A stretch of DNA of 64,000 nucleotides, taken from the NCBI GenBank assembly GCA_965220745.1, contig CBDCQT010000003.1:160001-224000 (forward strand), written 5' to 3'. Both the position numbers and the translations under genes were made by a program. Position 1 is the first letter of the stretch; every line of letters starts with the position of its first letter. Shown piece by piece: positions 10,065-20,575 of this stretch. The notes below the pieces were generated by a model. That model was not told where the DNA came from. It searched no databases and saw only the letters and a list, made by a program, of their open reading frames with translations. Source of the stretch: Alphaproteobacteria bacterium. Its GTDB lineage: Bacteria; Pseudomonadota; Alphaproteobacteria; UBA828.

Positions 10065-10769
10065 ATGTCTGAGATGCCGGACTGGCAACGCTTCCTGAGC
10101 GCGGATGACAGGGAGACCATCGAGCGCGGCCGCTGGGCCAAGCGCGTCGGCTTCGGCGTGCGCCCGGCCGTCCTCCTCATCGACGTGCAGAACTACATGG
10201 TGGGAGAGGAGGGCAACCACGACCTCGCCGCCTATCCTTATAGCTGTGCCGCCGGCTGGCCCGCCGTCTGGCAGACCAAGCGCATCGTCGGCGCGGCCCG
10301 CGCCGCCGGCGCCCCGGTGATCTACACCCGCTTCGCCATCGACCGCACCGTCGGTGATGCCGGGCTCTTCGACGCCAAGATCGGCGCGGAAGCGGGCGAG
10401 AACGTCTACTTCGAAGGTACTCACGGCGGCGAAATCGTAGCCGCAGTGGCGCCCGAGCCCGGCGATCTGGTCTTCACCAAGAAGAAGCCGAGCTCCTTCC
10501 ACGGCACACCCCTCCTGCCCTATCTGATCGACCGCGCCATCGATACGCTGATCGTCACCGGCGGCGCCACCTGCAACTGCGTCCGGGCCACGGTCTTCGA
10601 CGCGTTTTCTTATAATTACCGCACCATCGTACCGTCGGACGCGGTCTTCGACCGCCTGCCGATCAGCCACGCGATCAACCTGTTCGACATGAACCGCTGC
10701 TCGGCCGACGTGTCGGACACCGAGGCCGTGCTCGACTATTTCGCCGAGCAGGCCCAGCGCGCGGCTTAA
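10065..10769 (+). CDS. Isochorismatase-family cysteine hydrolase
   Basis: LLIDVQN, K..PSSFHGT, G.....CVRAT..DA motifs. Confidence 0.9.
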   Translation: MSEMPDWQRFLSADDRETIERGRWAKRVGFGVRPAVLLIDVQNYMVGEEGNHDLAAYPYSCAAGWPAVWQTKRIVGAARAAGAPVIYTRFAIDRTVGDAGLFDAKIGAEAGENVYFEGTHGGEIVAAVAPEPGDLVFTKKKPSSFHGTPLLPYLIDRAIDTLIVTGGATCNCVRATVFDAFSYNYRTIVPSDAVFDRLPISHAINLFDMNRCSADVSDTEAVLDYFAEQAQRAA

Positions 10770-10801
10770 AGGTCGCCGGTGGCACCTGCTATAGTGCGGG
10801 C

Positions 10802-10898
10802 GGGAGATCGGCGGCGGACGGCTAACTCGCCAACCCGGTCAGGTCCGGAAGGAAGCAGCCGTAACGAGCTTCAAGCCGGGTCGTCTGCCGGTCTCCTG
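10802..10898 (+). ncRNA. ffs: Signal recognition particle 4.5S RNA
   Basis: Conserved CAGGTCCGGAAGGAAGCAGC domain IV; pairing ends GGAGATCGG/CCGGTCTCC; TATAGT just upstream; lies before dnaX. Confidence 0.95.
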
Positions 10899-10953
10899 CT
10901 GCCAACCCCACGCGCGGCCCCGCGAGACGCGGATCGAAGGACGCCATGCACCG

Positions 10954-12681
10954 ATGAGCGAGGACGCCGCCGCCTATCGCGTGCTCGCGCGCAAGTACAG
11001 GCCGGCGAGCTTCGCCGGGCTGATCGGCCAGGACGCCCTGGTGCGCACGCTGAGCAACGCGATCGCGATGGACCGCCTGGCCCACGCCTACCTGCTGACG
11101 GGCGTGCGCGGGGTGGGCAAGACCTCGACCGCCCGGATCATCGCGCGCGCCCTCAACTGCATCGGTGAGGATGGCACCGGCGGCCCGACGCCCGAGCCCT
11201 GCGGCAAGTGCGATCACTGCATCTCCATAGCCGAGGACCGCCACGTCGACGTGATCGAGATGGACGCCGCTTCGCGCACCGGCATCGACGACGTGCGCGA
11301 GCTGATCGAGAGCGTGCGCTACCGCCCGGTTTCGGCGCGCTTCAAGGTCTACATCATCGACGAAGTGCACATGCTCTCGAAGCAGGCCTTCAACGCCCTG
11401 CTCAAAACGCTCGAAGAGCCGCCGCCCCACGTCAAATTCGTGTTCGCAACGACCGAGGTGCGGCGCCTGCCGGTGACGGTGCTCTCGCGCTGCCAGCGCT
11501 TCGACCTGCGCCGGGTCGATATGGAGCTGCTGATCGAGCACTTCTCGGGCATCGCCACCAAAGAGGGGGCGGAAGTGGAGCCGGCGGCGCTCGCGCTTAT
11601 CGCCCGGGCCGCCGATGGCTCGGTGCGCGACGGCCTATCGGTGCTCGACCAGGCGATGGCGCACGAGGGCACGCGCATCACCGAAGAGGCGGTGCGGGCC
11701 ATGCTTGGCCTCGCCGACCGCACCCGGCTCTTCGACCTGTTCGACATGCTGATGAAGGGCGCGATCAAGGACGCGCTGGATTGCTTCTCCGAGCTACACG
11801 ACGCCGGCGCGGAGCCGCAGACCCTGCTGCAGGACCTGCTGGAACTCTGCCACTGGCTGACGCGGCTAAAGCATGTCCCCGCCGCGGCGGAGGACCCCGC
11901 GGTGCCCGAGGCCGAGCGCACGCGCGGGCGTGCCATGGCGGAGGCGCTAGCGGTGCCGTCGCTCACCCAGACCTGGCAGATGCTGCTTAAGGGGCTGGAA
12001 GAGGCCAACCGGGCGGCGCGGCCTGCGCTTGCGGCCGAGATGACCCTGGTGCGGATCGCTTATGCCGCCGACCTGCCGAGTCCGGCCGATGCGCTCCGCG
12101 CCATCGGCACCGGCGGCAACGGGGCGCAGCCGAAAGACGCACCCGCAGCATCGCCCGCCTCTGCTCCCGCGCCCGCATCAGGCGGTGCTGCAAGCGCCGG
12201 TGCAGCGGCTGAGCCGGCTGTGGTGCCCGAATCGGCGCCCGAGCCGGCAACTCAGCCAGCGCCGGTGGCCGCATCCGTCCCGCATGTGCAGCCGACATCC
12301 TGGCGTGAGATCGCTGCGCTCGCAGAGGAGCAGCGGGAGCCGATCCTGAGCGCGTGGCTCCGGACCGAGGTCCGCCCCATTCGCGTCGCCGCAGGCGCGG
12401 TCGAGATCAACTGCGGGCGTTCGCCTGACGGCAAGATGCTCGCCCTGCTTCAGGAGCGGCTCGAGCAATGGACCGGCGAGCGCTGGATGGTCGCGCTGAG
12501 CGAAGAGGGCGGCGAGCCCACCCTCGACGAGCAGGATCGGGCCAAGCAGGAAGCGGCCGACCAGGCGGCAATGGACCACCCCTTGGTGCGGCAGGTCCTC
12601 GATGCCTTCCCCGGCGCGCGCGTGCGCAAGGTGCACCGGCCGGCGCCGGACAGCGGAAACGACGGAGATGTCTCCCCATGA
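10954..12681 (+). CDS. dnaX: DNA polymerase III subunit gamma/tau
   Basis: YRVLARKYRP, G.RGVGKT, DEVHMLS, LLKTLEEPP, SRCQRF. Confidence 0.97.
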   Translation: MSEDAAAYRVLARKYRPASFAGLIGQDALVRTLSNAIAMDRLAHAYLLTGVRGVGKTSTARIIARALNCIGEDGTGGPTPEPCGKCDHCISIAEDRHVDVIEMDAASRTGIDDVRELIESVRYRPVSARFKVYIIDEVHMLSKQAFNALLKTLEEPPPHVKFVFATTEVRRLPVTVLSRCQRFDLRRVDMELLIEHFSGIATKEGAEVEPAALALIARAADGSVRDGLSVLDQAMAHEGTRITEEAVRAMLGLADRTRLFDLFDMLMKGAIKDALDCFSELHDAGAEPQTLLQDLLELCHWLTRLKHVPAAAEDPAVPEAERTRGRAMAEALAVPSLTQTWQMLLKGLEEANRAARPALAAEMTLVRIAYAADLPSPADALRAIGTGGNGAQPKDAPAASPASAPAPASGGAASAGAAAEPAVVPESAPEPATQPAPVAASVPHVQPTSWREIAALAEEQREPILSAWLRTEVRPIRVAAGAVEINCGRSPDGKMLALLQERLEQWTGERWMVALSEEGGEPTLDEQDRAKQEAADQAAMDHPLVRQVLDAFPGARVRKVHRPAPDSGNDGDVSP

Positions 12682-13001
12682 AGAACATCGGCAAGATGCT
12701 GAAGCAGGCGCAGGAAATGCAGACCAGGATGGCCGAGCTGCAGGAGAGCCTCGGCGCGCTGGAGGTCGAGGGCACGGCGGGCGGCGGCCTGGTGCGGGTG
12801 ACGCTCACCGGCAAGGGCGAAATGCGCCGCCTCTCCATCGACCCGGCGCTGGTGAGCGGCGACGAGGTGGAGGTGCTGGAAGACCTGATCGTCGCCGCCT
12901 TCAACGACGGCAAGGCCAAGGTGGAGCAGCTCGTACAGGAACGCATGGCCGAGGTCACCGGCGGACTCAAGCTGCCGCCGGGCCTCGACCTCGGCATGTG
13001 A
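12678..13001 (+). CDS. ybaB: YbaB/EbfC nucleoid-associated protein
   Basis: MLKQAQEMQ..., GGGLV.V, LEDLI.AAFNDG; between dnaX and recR. Confidence 0.93.
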   Translation: MKNIGKMLKQAQEMQTRMAELQESLGALEVEGTAGGGLVRVTLTGKGEMRRLSIDPALVSGDEVEVLEDLIVAAFNDGKAKVEQLVQERMAEVTGGLKLPPGLDLGM

Positions 13002-13038
13002 GTGCGCGCCGCAGCCCTTCTCTCACTGGCGACGGGCG

Positions 13039-13635
13039 ATGACGAGCCCTGCGATCGAGCGGCTGGTCGGGCATCTCAGCAAGCTCCCCGGTCTCGGGCC
13101 GCGCTCGGCCCGCCGTGCTGCGCTGCATCTGCTGGAGCGGCGCGAATCGCACCTGGAGCCGCTGCTCGCCGCGCTGCGCACGGCGGCCGAGAGCGTCCGC
13201 GCCTGCGCCACCTGCGGCAATCTCGATGCGCAGGACCCCTGCGCGATCTGCGCGGATCCCGAGCGCGATCGCTCGGCCATCTGCGTCGTCGAGCAGGTCG
13301 CGGACCTGTGGGCGCTGGAGCGCACACTGATGTTCCGCGGCCGCTACCACGTGCTGGGCGGGCTCTTGTCCGCGCTCGACGGGATCGGGCCGGAGGACCT
13401 CGCCATCGCCGGCCTCGTCGCCCGCGCCGGCGAGCCCGAGGTCAACGAGATCATCCTCGCCACCAGCGCCACGGTGGATGGGCAAACCACGGCTCACTAT
13501 CTGACCGATCGCCTCGCCGAGAGCGGCGTCGCGATCTCCCGTCTCGCTCACGGCCTGCCGGTCGGCGGCGAGCTCGACTATCTCGACGACGGCACCCTCG
13601 GCACCGCGCTCAAGGCACGCCAGCGCCTGCTCTGA
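13039..13635 (+). CDS. recR: Recombination mediator RecR
   Basis: [11 protein letters not shown] HhH, C4 zinc finger, toprim domain with [12 protein letters not shown]. Confidence 0.96.
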   Translation: MTSPAIERLVGHLSKLPGLGPRSARRAALHLLERRESHLEPLLAALRTAAESVRACATCGNLDAQDPCAICADPERDRSAICVVEQVADLWALERTLMFRGRYHVLGGLLSALDGIGPEDLAIAGLVARAGEPEVNEIILATSATVDGQTTAHYLTDRLAESGVAISRLAHGLPVGGELDYLDDGTLGTALKARQRLL

Positions 13636-13731
13636 ATCGGCGCGAATACGCGCTGGATAGTCCGCCGCACGCCCTCTATGGTCGCGCCCCGGCCGCCAGC
13701 CAGGCGGCCGATGAGACTGTTGGAGAGGGCC

Positions 13732-14652
13732 ATGGCAGACGAGGCGAAGAGCGCGGGCCGGCTGGAACAGGTGCTGCGCGCGGGCGAGTTCGCCATCACG
13801 GCTGAGATGGGCCCGCCCGACTCGGTGGATCCGGCCGACGTTCTGGCCCACGCCGGCTGCCTCAAGGGGCTCGCCGATGCCGTCAACGTGCTCGACGGCG
13901 CCGGCGCACGCGCGCATCTCTCGCCGCTCGCGACTGCCGCGATTCTGGTCCGCGAAGGCATCGAGCCGGTGCTTCAGTTCACCATGCGCGACCGCAACCG
14001 GCTCGCACTTCAGGCCGACGTGCTGGGGGCGGCAGCGCTCGGCGTGCACAGCCTGCTCTGCCTGACCGGGGATTCGGTGGACGCCGGCGATCAGCCTGAG
14101 ACGAAGCCGGTCTTCGACCTGAAATCCAACGAGTTCATGGCGTTGGTCCGCACCATGCGGGACGAGGCCGTGCTGCCGGGCGGGCGTAGCCTCGCCTCGA
14201 CGCCACGGCTGCTGATCGGCGGCGCCGATGCGCCCCGCGAGCCCAAGGCGGGCGATACGCCCACCAGCCTTCAGGCCAAGATCGAGGCCGGCGCGGATTT
14301 TTTCCAGACCCAGTTCTGCTTCGATATGGCGATGCTGAGGCGCTACCTCGCCTGGCTCGGGGATTTCGGCATTCCCGAGCGCACGTCGATCATCGTCGGC
14401 ATCGGGCCTATAAGGTCCGCGCGTTCGGCCCGCTGGATGAACGAGAACCTGTTCGGCGTGCACATCCCGGATGCGGTCATCGCCCGGCTCGACGGCGCCA
14501 AGGACCCGCAGGCCGAGGGCATTCGCATCTGTGTCGAGCTGATCGAGGAGCTGCAGGAAATCAAGGGCGTCGCCGGCGCGCACCTGATGGCGCCGCGCGG
14601 CGAGCAGGCCATCGCCAAAGTGATCGCCGAAACGGGACTTCGCGGCGCCTGA
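13732..14652 (+). CDS. Methylenetetrahydrofolate reductase family protein
   Basis: RDRNRLALQ, LCLTGD, KIEAGADFFQTQ motifs. Confidence 0.88.
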   Translation: MADEAKSAGRLEQVLRAGEFAITAEMGPPDSVDPADVLAHAGCLKGLADAVNVLDGAGARAHLSPLATAAILVREGIEPVLQFTMRDRNRLALQADVLGAAALGVHSLLCLTGDSVDAGDQPETKPVFDLKSNEFMALVRTMRDEAVLPGGRSLASTPRLLIGGADAPREPKAGDTPTSLQAKIEAGADFFQTQFCFDMAMLRRYLAWLGDFGIPERTSIIVGIGPIRSARSARWMNENLFGVHIPDAVIARLDGAKDPQAEGIRICVELIEELQEIKGVAGAHLMAPRGEQAIAKVIAETGLRGA

Positions 14653-14682
14653 ATGCGCCCTCAGCGGCGCACTTACGTTCCC

Positions 14683-15534
14683 CTAGAACAGTTGCCGGAC
14701 GCCGATCTCGAGGAAGTGGATGCGGAGGTCGGTCTCCGTCGTCGTCGAGACCATACCGTTGTCAGCGCTGAACGACAAGCCGTTGAGGGCCTGCAGGCGG
14801 TAGCCGATGTTGAGCGTGGCCGTATCCGACAGAGCGTAGCCGATTCCTGCCCCGATCTGATAGGCGAAGGCGGTGTCGGTGGTGGAGAGCCTGGGAACGT
14901 CGGCGGCCTGTAGGGGGCGGAGGCCGGCTAGGGCGGCCAACAACTGCGGATTCTGGGCCGCAGCCATAGCTGCCCTTTGGCTGATCGCGTTTTTCACCGC
15001 GTTGGGATCGTAGCTCAAATCGCTTTGGTCGATGCGGATGAGGCCAAGGCCACCGCCGATGTAAGGGGTCCAGTTATCGCCGGTGTCGAAGTCATACCAG
15101 AGGTTCACCATGGCGCCGAACTGGTCGCCAGTGCCCGATACCGGGATGTCCACATCTCCAAGAAGGTCGGGGGGTAGCGGCAGTCCCGGCAAGGAAATGC
15201 CGGTGTGGGTGAGCCTGCTGACCTCGGCCCTGGCGAAGAATATCTCGCCCTCGACGCGGAGGTTGGACTCCAAATGATGGCCGAGGACGGCGCCGAGCTT
15301 GAAGCCCGTGTCGTGTTCCGACCTGACCGTGGACTGAAGTTCGATCGGCCCCTGGGGACTCGAGAAGCTTGTGTTGGCGTTGGAGTCGCTATCGTCAATG
15401 AACATGAGGGGCATGTTCGCCCCGATGTACCACTCCCCTTCCTGTGCCTTCGCAACTGACGCGACGCTGAATGCAAGACACGCGGCCGTTACTGCTCCAA
15501 CAATCCAGCGCGATCCGAAGCTGTTTCCAGACAT
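14683..15534 (-). CDS. Outer-membrane beta-barrel protein (opacity/OmpA-like transmembrane family)
   Basis: Signal peptide; NLWYDF, TPYIGGGLG, AYQIGAGIGY; C-terminal Phe. Confidence 0.85.
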   Translation of the reverse strand: MSGNSFGSRWIVGAVTAACLAFSVASVAKAQEGEWYIGANMPLMFIDDSDSNANTSFSSPQGPIELQSTVRSEHDTGFKLGAVLGHHLESNLRVEGEIFFARAEVSRLTHTGISLPGLPLPPDLLGDVDIPVSGTGDQFGAMVNLWYDFDTGDNWTPYIGGGLGLIRIDQSDLSYDPNAVKNAISQRAAMAAAQNPQLLAALAGLRPLQAADVPRLSTTDTAFAYQIGAGIGYALSDTATLNIGYRLQALNGLSFSADNGMVSTTTETDLRIHFLEIGVRQLF

Positions 15535-15692
15535 TTTCCGGTTCTCCCCGACTACGCCTCATCTGCCCGTCTAGTCTAGGCTATTGCGAGACGAAACGTG
15601 GCGCAAACGTCTGCGGCAGCCTCGACACCCGCGCGTTTTGAACGCGTCGAGATACGCGTCTACCGTAAGCGGCGCTCAGCCCGCCTCTTTGC

Positions 15693-16559
15693 TCATCCGC
15701 CGGCATCGCGCTCGCGCGTACCCTCGTAGCCGGAGGGCAAGTAGCCAAAGCGTTCCATTTGGGTGCGGTGACGCTCTACCACGCGGCGGACCTGTGCGTC
15801 GTCCAGCACCTCCCGCCAGCCGCCCATCTTGCCGGTCCGGAAGAACCGGTCCTGCGACGGGGTGCGCTCGATAAAGCCGGTGCGGTCTTCCTGCGCGCGC
15901 AGTGAGCGGAAGGACGAGTGCCGCATCGCCCGCTCCAAGCGCTCGCGCGGAGGCTTGAGGCCGAGGAAGGCCGAAATGGCGCGGAAGGTCGGGCCGGGCC
16001 GGCGACCCATGTCTTCGTAGCGCACGACGTGGAGTTGCGGATGCGAGCTGGCGGTCCAACTCTCGACATGGGTGGACCAGTCACTGTGGTGCTCGGGCAC
16101 CTGGTCCGCCGACGCGGGCGAATGAAATCCCCTAGTCTCCATGAGCGTGATGACGTCGTCCGTCGGCTGGCCCAGGTGGTGGGCGTAGGAGACGACCACG
16201 TCGAGCGGGTTGCGCACGACATAGATCGCCCCTGCCGTGAGCGACTGGGTAATCATGGGCACGCCATCGGCCTCGACGAGGGCGTTGTGGGTCTTGACCA
16301 TGACGGTATCGGGCGCGCTCTCGGCGATGAGTGCGTGCACCCTGGGCCTGAGGCGCGCAAGATCCTCCCCGCCCAGCGCCACCGGCGATCGGGAATCGAA
16401 CCGCTCGTACCAGTGCGCTTGGCTGTCGCCCGCTGTCAACTCGGACATTCGGTTGATGTCAAAGGGCGCGCGCGAATTCCGCAGCAGGTTGTGCAGGAAG
16501 GCGCGTAGCCACGTGTTGCCCGACTTGGGGTAGGAGGCGAGCCACAGGATACCGCTCAT
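15693..16559 (-). CDS. PAPS-dependent sulfotransferase (copy A)
   Basis: LASYPKSGNTW 5'-PSB loop, VRNPLDV.VS 3'-PB, RYED, FFR.G..GGW. Confidence 0.92.
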   Translation of the reverse strand: MSGILWLASYPKSGNTWLRAFLHNLLRNSRAPFDINRMSELTAGDSQAHWYERFDSRSPVALGGEDLARLRPRVHALIAESAPDTVMVKTHNALVEADGVPMITQSLTAGAIYVVRNPLDVVVSYAHHLGQPTDDVITLMETRGFHSPASADQVPEHHSDWSTHVESWTASSHPQLHVVRYEDMGRRPGPTFRAISAFLGLKPPRERLERAMRHSSFRSLRAQEDRTGFIERTPSQDRFFRTGKMGGWREVLDDAQVRRVVERHRTQMERFGYLPSGYEGTRERDAGG

Positions 16560-16714
16560 GAATTATCGCAGAGAGACCGAACGCTTATTAGGCCGGCAAT
16601 GCCCTTCAGGTGACCGCGCGGCGCGAGTCCAGCAGATGCTGAACGCATCCCGGTCATCTCCTCCTTCCTGCCCAATCGCCTGATTCGAGCGTGCGGTCGG
16701 CTGGAATCCGCCCA

Positions 16715-16744
16715 AAGAAAAGGGAGCGGCCGAAGCCGCTCCCC
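16715..16744 (-). terminator. Intrinsic terminator after porin A
   Basis: GGGAGCGGC-TTCG-GCCGCTCCC followed by TTTTCTTT on the minus strand. Confidence 0.75.
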
Positions 16745-16769
16745 ACGCTCTTGACAACAATGCTCCAGA

Positions 16770-17768
16770 CTAGAAGTTGAGCATCGTCCCCAGAAGGATC
16801 TGAGTGAAGTCGTTCGCGCCACTCTCGCCCGCGCCAATCTGCATCCCGACATCGATTCCCGGTCCGAGATTGTAGTTGGCATTGAAGGCCACGATGTTGC
16901 TGTCGTTGGACTCGTTGTCGCCGTACTGAACGCCCAGCATCATGGGGCCGTCGGTCCAGGACACACCAATGTCGGACTTCGAGGTCGTGACACCACCGAT
17001 TTCCTGATCGTACACGGCGCCGCCTAGCGCGATCTGGTCGATGCTGATCGAGGCCCCGTAACGCATGCCCTCGGGATCCGCACCGCCGTCTTCGTTCGTG
17101 TAGCCCTCGTAGCTGACATTGGCGCTGAAGCTGCCGCCCATGACGTCGACCGAATAGCTAAGGGCGGCGGAGACCCCCTCCGAGTTCTGCCCCGGGTCGG
17201 CAGTACCCGTTCCGCCATAGGAGGCTGTCGTATCCTCGGGCGCGTAGCTCGCGGCAAGGGAAATGCCGTTAAAGCTTGGCGAGAAGTAGAGGACCTTGAT
17301 CGCATCCTCATTCATGATGGCGTTCGTCGTCCACATGCCGCCGATGCCGCCGAACCAAGGCGACTTGATGCCGCCGATAGGCACGGTCCCGCCTGGCGCC
17401 CAGACGACCGTCTGCTGCGCGGCGCCTTCGATTGCGCCGACGTGCAGGGAGCCGAAACCGCCGCTAAAGGTGATTTCCTGCTCGTCGCTGTGCTCGTAGT
17501 CGTTGGCGGCGAAGCGGACCCTGACGCCAACGGTGATGCCGTTGTCGAGGGTAGACGAGCCCGCGATCTGCATCTCCATGTTCTGCTGGATGACGTGGCC
17601 GCGATCATCCATGGCACCGTCCATGTCTCGGGCGACGAGAGCGGTGGTGTAGTAGCCGCCCACGCCTACGCTGATCGGCTCGGCCATCATCTCATCGGCA
17701 GACGCGACATTGCTGGCCAGCAGGCCAACAGCCGCGAGTGCCGTAGTTCCCAACAATACCTTCTTCAT
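16770..17768 (-). CDS. Gram-negative (alphaproteobacterial) porin, allele A
   Basis: MKKVLLGTTAL signal peptide, TLDNG.T.G, GGFGS, YFSPSFNG, NYNLGPG; C-terminal F. Confidence 0.9.
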   Translation of the reverse strand: MKKVLLGTTALAAVGLLASNVASADEMMAEPISVGVGGYYTTALVARDMDGAMDDRGHVIQQNMEMQIAGSSTLDNGITVGVRVRFAANDYEHSDEQEITFSGGFGSLHVGAIEGAAQQTVVWAPGGTVPIGGIKSPWFGGIGGMWTTNAIMNEDAIKVLYFSPSFNGISLAASYAPEDTTASYGGTGTADPGQNSEGVSAALSYSVDVMGGSFSANVSYEGYTNEDGGADPEGMRYGASISIDQIALGGAVYDQEIGGVTTSKSDIGVSWTDGPMMLGVQYGDNESNDSNIVAFNANYNLGPGIDVGMQIGAGESGANDFTQILLGTMLNF

Positions 17769-18175
17769 GCTTCGCGAGCGCAATTTTGGAGGTGATTCTG
17801 TACTCCGCTGTTATGATGGGGTAATTATGAGGTCCTGACGCGCTGGCGCTGAGCGCCCGAGAATTTCCGTAAGCGCTCAGGAAGCGGATTGATTACAACG
17901 TAAGCGTAGTCCTGCGTATTCCTGTCGGTAAGCGTTCCGTTCGCCCGTGGAGATGTTGATCCACCCGCCGTTTCGCTTCCGCCAGCCCGATGATCGCAGG
18001 GGCGATTTTAGCGGCTGAGCGCGCGTTGCCAATCCCTTCTGAGCGGCCGGAGCCAGACGTCCTTGCGGGGCTTTGGGGCTGTGGAGACCGTGCCGTGTCG
18101 GCACAGTCCTCCGCGCCGAATCGAGCTTGTACAAGTCGCTGGTAACATGATTCGACATGCGCTATCGTCGAGCGC

Positions 18176-20575
18176 ATGGCGGTTCTCGACGATGATTTCC
18201 GCGCAGACGGGACGCTGAACGAGGGCGGTGACGGGCTCTGGTCGCCCCCCAGGCCGGCGCCATCGGGTGCGCCGCACGATTTGCCATCCCTGTACGAGCA
18301 GGAACGGGCGCGGGCCGACGCGGCCGAGGCACGCTGCGAAGAACTGCGCCAAGCGGAGCTTTCCGCCCGTACTGACGCTGGTTCGTGGAAGTCGCGCTTC
18401 AAGTCCTGCCGACGCCGGCTGAGCGAGGCCGAGGAGGAGACGAAGGAACTGCGCCGCGCGGCGAAGGACGTGCCGTCGTTGCAGGCCCAAGTGGCGCGCC
18501 TGACGACGCTGCTTTCCGAAGCCGGCATCGAGTCGAGCGAGACCGGGAAGGTCGAGGTGCTGGGCAAGGAAGTCGCCCGGCTTCGCAGGGCCTTGGCAGC
18601 GCAGCCGGGGAAGGCTGCGGCCGGGGAGGCTCGGCGGGCTCGCACGGCGCTGGAACAGGCGCAGCAGCACAAGGACACCATCAGGACGCAGCGCAAGGAG
18701 ATCACCCGGCTGAACCGGGAAGTGGCCCGGCGCGACAAGGAGCTGGTCCGGCTCAATGAGCGCCTCGGCCAGCAGAAGGAACGGACGGAGGACATCAGGG
18801 AGACCGCCAAGAATCTGTCACAGGACTCTCTCCGGCTCTACAGGGAGGTCGGGTTCCTGCGCGACGCCGAGGCCCGATCCCGGTCGCTGTCCGAGGAGAA
18901 CTTCTGGCTGCGCCATGCGCTTGACGTGTCCAGGCACGGGCAGAAGAAGTTGACGGCCCGGATCGCCAAGCTCCGCGCGGCCGGAGCGACGCTGACGAAG
19001 TTGTCGTTCGACGAGGCGGCTCACCTGCGCAACGTTCTGCGACGGTCGCGACGTCAGAAGACCATGATCGCCCGGCTGCGCAAGGAGAACGCCCGGCTGC
19101 GAAGGACCGCGCAGAGGGCGCGGAACCGGGTCGAGGCGCTGGAAGCCGACATCGCGCGGCTGCGCTCGACCGGAGCGGTGCTGTCGAGAAGGCTCTACGG
19201 ACGCAAGAGCGAGCAGCAGAAGAAGCCGGGCACGGGACGCAAGCGCGGCCAGCAGCGCGGCGCGCCCGGCCATGGCCGTACCCAGCGGCCCGGACTCGAC
19301 GAACGGCTCGAAGAGCTCGAAGTGCCGGAGCAGGCGCGGGTCTGCGGGCACTGCGGCCAACCCTATGCGCCGAACGGCGCGGAGGTGTCCGCCCTGATCG
19401 AGTTCGAGGTCATCGTGTACAAGCGCGTGATCAGCCGTGAGCGATTGCGCCGGACCTGCGCGTGTGCGTCCTCGCCCGTGGAAGTGACCGCGCCCCCGGC
19501 GCCGCGGCTGTTCCCCACGACATCCTACGGAATCACCTTCTGGGCGCGCTTCCTCTTCGAGCACTGCGCCTGCTTCCGGCCCCTGCGCCGCGTCGCCGCG
19601 TGGTTCTCCAGCCAGGGACTGGCGGTCTCGCCGGGGACGCTGGCCAACAGCCGCAAGCGCTTCGCGGCGCTGTTCGAGAGCCTGTACGAGGCGATCCTCG
19701 CGCATCAGAACACCGCGGCGCTGCGCCATGCCGACGAGACCTCATGGCGCGTGCAGGAACTTCGTGGCGACGACTGCTCGAGCCGCGCCTGGCTGTGGAC
19801 TTCGGTCAGCAGCGACGCGGTCTGCTTCCATATCGACCCGAGCCGCAGCGCCGAGGCGGCGCTCAAGCTGTTCGCCGAAGCCCTGCCCGGCACGATCATC
19901 GTCTGCGACCGCTATAGCGCGTACAAGCGCCTTGTTCGCCTTCTCGGGGACATGGCGATTCTGGCCTACTGTTGGGCTCATCAACGCCGCGATTTTGTCG
20001 AGGCCGCCGCCGGCCAGCCTCGGCTGGAGCAATGGTGCCAGGGATGGGTCGGGCGGATCGCGGAGATCTACCGGCTGAACGGGGAGCGGCTCGAACATTA
20101 CGACCCCGGCAGCAAACGCCAGACGGCGGCGTTCAGGAAGGCGACGCGCAAGCTGAAGAAGGCGCTCGACCGGCTGTTCGCGCAGGCCGAAGCGGAACTG
20201 GCCGCCTTGCCGGACCACGCGCGCGAGGCCAGGGCGCTGCGCTCCCTGCTCAACCATCGCGAGGGGCTGTGCGTCTTCGTCGACAACCCCCTGGTCCCCA
20301 TGGACAACAATTTTGCCGAGAGAATCCTGCGCGCGCCCGCGATAGGGCGAGGGTTGTCGCACGGCTCCGACAGCGAGGACGGCGCCCGGTTCACCGCGAT
20401 CATGTACTCGGTCGTCGCCACGCTCTCGATGAACGGCATCGACGTCCTGCGCTGGCTTCAGGCGTGGCTCGAAGCGTGCGCGAAGAACGGCGGCCAACCG
20501 CCCGATGACCTGTCGGCCTGGCTGCCATGGTCGATGAGCGAGAAGCGCAGGCGCAAGTTCACGGCGCCGGGATGA
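18176..20575 (+). CDS. tnpC: IS66 transposase TnpC with long N-terminal coiled coil
   Basis: LYGRKSE, CGHCG zinc finger, HADET, CDRYSAY, CWAH.RR, DNNFAER. Confidence 0.92.
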   Translation: MAVLDDDFRADGTLNEGGDGLWSPPRPAPSGAPHDLPSLYEQERARADAAEARCEELRQAELSARTDAGSWKSRFKSCRRRLSEAEEETKELRRAAKDVPSLQAQVARLTTLLSEAGIESSETGKVEVLGKEVARLRRALAAQPGKAAAGEARRARTALEQAQQHKDTIRTQRKEITRLNREVARRDKELVRLNERLGQQKERTEDIRETAKNLSQDSLRLYREVGFLRDAEARSRSLSEENFWLRHALDVSRHGQKKLTARIAKLRAAGATLTKLSFDEAAHLRNVLRRSRRQKTMIARLRKENARLRRTAQRARNRVEALEADIARLRSTGAVLSRRLYGRKSEQQKKPGTGRKRGQQRGAPGHGRTQRPGLDERLEELEVPEQARVCGHCGQPYAPNGAEVSALIEFEVIVYKRVISRERLRRTCACASSPVEVTAPPAPRLFPTTSYGITFWARFLFEHCACFRPLRRVAAWFSSQGLAVSPGTLANSRKRFAALFESLYEAILAHQNTAALRHADETSWRVQELRGDDCSSRAWLWTSVSSDAVCFHIDPSRSAEAALKLFAEALPGTIIVCDRYSAYKRLVRLLGDMAILAYCWAHQRRDFVEAAAGQPRLEQWCQGWVGRIAEIYRLNGERLEHYDPGSKRQTAAFRKATRKLKKALDRLFAQAEAELAALPDHAREARALRSLLNHREGLCVFVDNPLVPMDNNFAERILRAPAIGRGLSHGSDSEDGARFTAIMYSVVATLSMNGIDVLRWLQAWLEACAKNGGQPPDDLSAWLPWSMSEKRRRKFTAPG

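Noticed and set aside
7132-10098. 988-aa + strand ORF
   Set aside because: Antisense shadow of aminopeptidase P/prmA in high-GC DNA; no motifs
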